Shown here: piece after piece, positions 62,059-64,000 of the stretch | Layout: each line of letters opens with the position of its first letter | Numbering within the stretch: the first letter of the stretch is position 1 | NCBI GenBank assembly: GCA_038087875.1 | Contig: JAXLNO010005312.1 | Location: 1 to 64,000 of the forward strand | Direction of reading: 5' to 3' | DNA: 64,000 nt | Source of the DNA: Malacoraja senta | Taxonomy: Eukaryota | Notes under the pieces: generated by a model | Database searches by the model: none | Told to the model about the DNA's origin: nothing | The model's input: the letters and a program-made list of their open reading frames with translations, nothing else | Position numbers and translations under genes: made by a program

Positions 62059-62231
62059 CCTGGCAACAGGTGACGTCACGATGGGGTGCGGCAGCCGATC
62101 GGATCGGATCGTCCGCTTCCCCTTCGGCCAATCAGTTGCCCCCTTCCCCCCGGAAACAGATGATGCTTGTATGGGGGGTACACAGCGACCAATCAGAGGT
62201 CCCCCACCTCCCCTTAGCAACAGGTGATGTC
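62059..62231 (+). promoter_or_regulatory. Tandem X1/X2-box-like (RFX/CREB) elements flanking two CCAAT boxes
   Basis: CCTGGCAACAGGTGACGTCA (62059-62078) and CCTTAGCAACAGGTGATGTC (62212-62231). CCAATCAG at 62128 and 62189. Confidence 0.55.
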
Positions 62232-62304
62232 CGAGGACCTGTTCTGGAAACTGGTGCTAGATCAGGATCTCCAGGACTTTGTGTTCTAGATCCAAGATCT
62301 CCCT

Positions 62305-62642
62305 CCGCCTCTCTCTCCCTCCCTCTCTATCTCACACCCTCTCGCTCTCCTTCTCTCCCTCTCTCTCTCTCCTTCTCTCTCTCTCTTTCTCTCCCTCTCT
62401 TTCTCTCCCCCACTCTCTCCCTCTCTCCTCTCCCACTCTCTCTCTCTCCCTCTCTCTCTCCTCTCTCCTCTCCCTCTCTCTCTTCCTCTCCCCCTCTCTC
62501 TCTCTCTTTCTCACCCTCCACTCTCCCCACTCTCTCTCTCTCTCCACTCTCTCTCTCTCTCCCACTCTCTCCTCCTCCACTCTCTCCTCTCCTCTCTCTC
62601 CTCTCCTCCCTCCCTCTCTCTCTCCCTCTCCCCCTCTCTCTC
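62305..62642. repeat. (CT)-rich low-complexity tract
   Basis: Polypyrimidine tract. A complementary GA-rich tract lies at 63662-64000. Confidence 0.95.
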
Positions 62643-62644
62643 AA

Positions 62645-63022
62645 CAGAAGATAACTAAAAAGACAATATGGGGAGAAAAAGTTGAGGTACGAAGGTAACC
62701 TAGCCAAGAATATAAAGCAGGACAGTAAAAGCTTCTTTAGGGATGTGATGAGGCAAAAATGAGTTAAGACCAAAGTTGGACCCTTGAAGACCGAAACAGG
62801 TGAATTTATTATGGGGAAACAAGGAAATGGCAGATGGGTTGAACAGGTACTTTGGATCCCGTCTTCACTAAGGAGGACACAAACAATCTTCCTGATATAG
62901 TAGTGGCCAAAGGTTCTGGGGTGATGGAGGAACTGAAGGAAATCCACATTAGGCAGGAAATGGTGTTGGATAGACTGATGGGACTGAAGGCTGATAAATC
63001 CCCAGGGCCTGATGGTCTGCAT
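62645..63022 (+). mobile_element. CR1 ORF2 fragment (pre-RT)
   Basis: VFTKED...VLDRLMGLKADKSPGPDGLH. Confidence 0.85.
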
Positions 63023-64000
63023 CTCTTTTTCTTTTAGCGTTTCGTTCTCTCTCTCTTCTTTCAATCGTTTTAGATTTAATTCATTTTTTCCGATCCGAGC
63101 TCTAGTTTTTTTTTAAGCGGTGTTTTTGGCCCGTCCTCCGTCCGAGCTGGGTGGAGAGGGGGAACGAGAAAGGAGGAGGGGGAGGAGGAGTGGAGAGAAA
63201 AAAAACTGGGACATTGTTAGTNNNNNNNNNNNNNNNNNNNNNNNNNNNNNNNNNNNNNNNNNNNNNNNNNNNNNNNNNNNNNNNNNNNNNNNNNNNNNNN
63301 NNNNNNNNNNNNNNNNNNNNNNNNNNNNNNNNNNNNNNNNNNNNNNNNNNNNNNNNNNNNNNNNNNNNNNNNNNNNNNNNNNNNTCTTTTATTGACAAAT
63401 TTCACACAGTTTCGACTAGAAATGAGGCGAAAATATGTGAGAAAAATAGATAGGTTGCCTCTTTCATCAATTAGCGTGGACAAGGCTTCAGACATGTNNN
63501 NNNNNNNNNNNNNNNNNNNNNNNNNNNNNNNNNNNNNNNNNNNNNNNNNNNNNNNNNNNNNNNNNNNNNNNNNNNNNNNNNNNNNNNNNNNNNNNNNNNN
63601 NNNNNNNNNNNNNNNNNNNNNNNNNNNNNNNNNNNNNNNNNNNNNNNNNNNNNNNNNNNNNNAGAGAGAGAATGAGAGGGAGAGAGGGGGGGAGTTAGAG
63701 AGGGGAAGAGAGAGAGGGGAGAGAGAGGGAGATATAGGGGGGGAGAGAGGGGGGTGAGAGAGGGGGAGAGTGAGAGAGGGGGAGAGAGAAGGGGAGAGAG
63801 AGAGTCGAGGAGAGAGAGAGTCAGGGAGATAGAGAGCGAGAGAGAGAGAGAGAGTGACGAAGAGAGGGACGGGGTAGAGAGAGAGGGGGGGGAGAGAGAG
63901 AGGAGAGAGAGAGTGAGGGGGTAGAGAGAGTGGAGCGCAAGAAAGGGGAGAGAGAGAAAGGGAGAGAGAGAGGGGGGAGAGAGAGAGGAATAGGCAGAGA

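Overview
Repeat-rich vertebrate genomic DNA, most likely from a cartilaginous fish (skate/ray). That assignment is inferred from HE1/V-SINE-like SINEs, Penelope tails and a two-exon GPR139-like gene. Several N gaps are present. The main host gene is a multi-exon non-classical MHC class I-like gene on +: alpha2 exon 10025-10298 (frameshifted), alpha3 17058-17324, TM 20009-20116, a candidate 33-bp cytoplasmic exon 30165-30197 and a terminal exon 31150-31190. The terminal exon encodes DYQNIQPKQNVHC*, a CD1-type YxxPhi sorting motif. A possible decayed alpha1 exon lies at ~455-675. Further right are a CpG-island promoter with a first-exon donor (~48.1-48.3 kb), a cluster of minisatellites, a cryptic CAF1/DEDD-nuclease-like reading frame (55423-55740, -), a frameshifted GPR139-like GPCR (55909-61991, +) and a tandem pair of MHC-type X1/X2-like boxes with CCAAT boxes (62059-62231). 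Mobile elements include a TSD-bounded hAT, several L1s (one near full-length), a structurally complete DIRS1-like element, an ERV env+LTR remnant, and Penelope, RTE, CR1, Rex1/Babar and Crack/L2 fragments with many SINEs. All family calls come from motif recognition by eye. No database searches were run.
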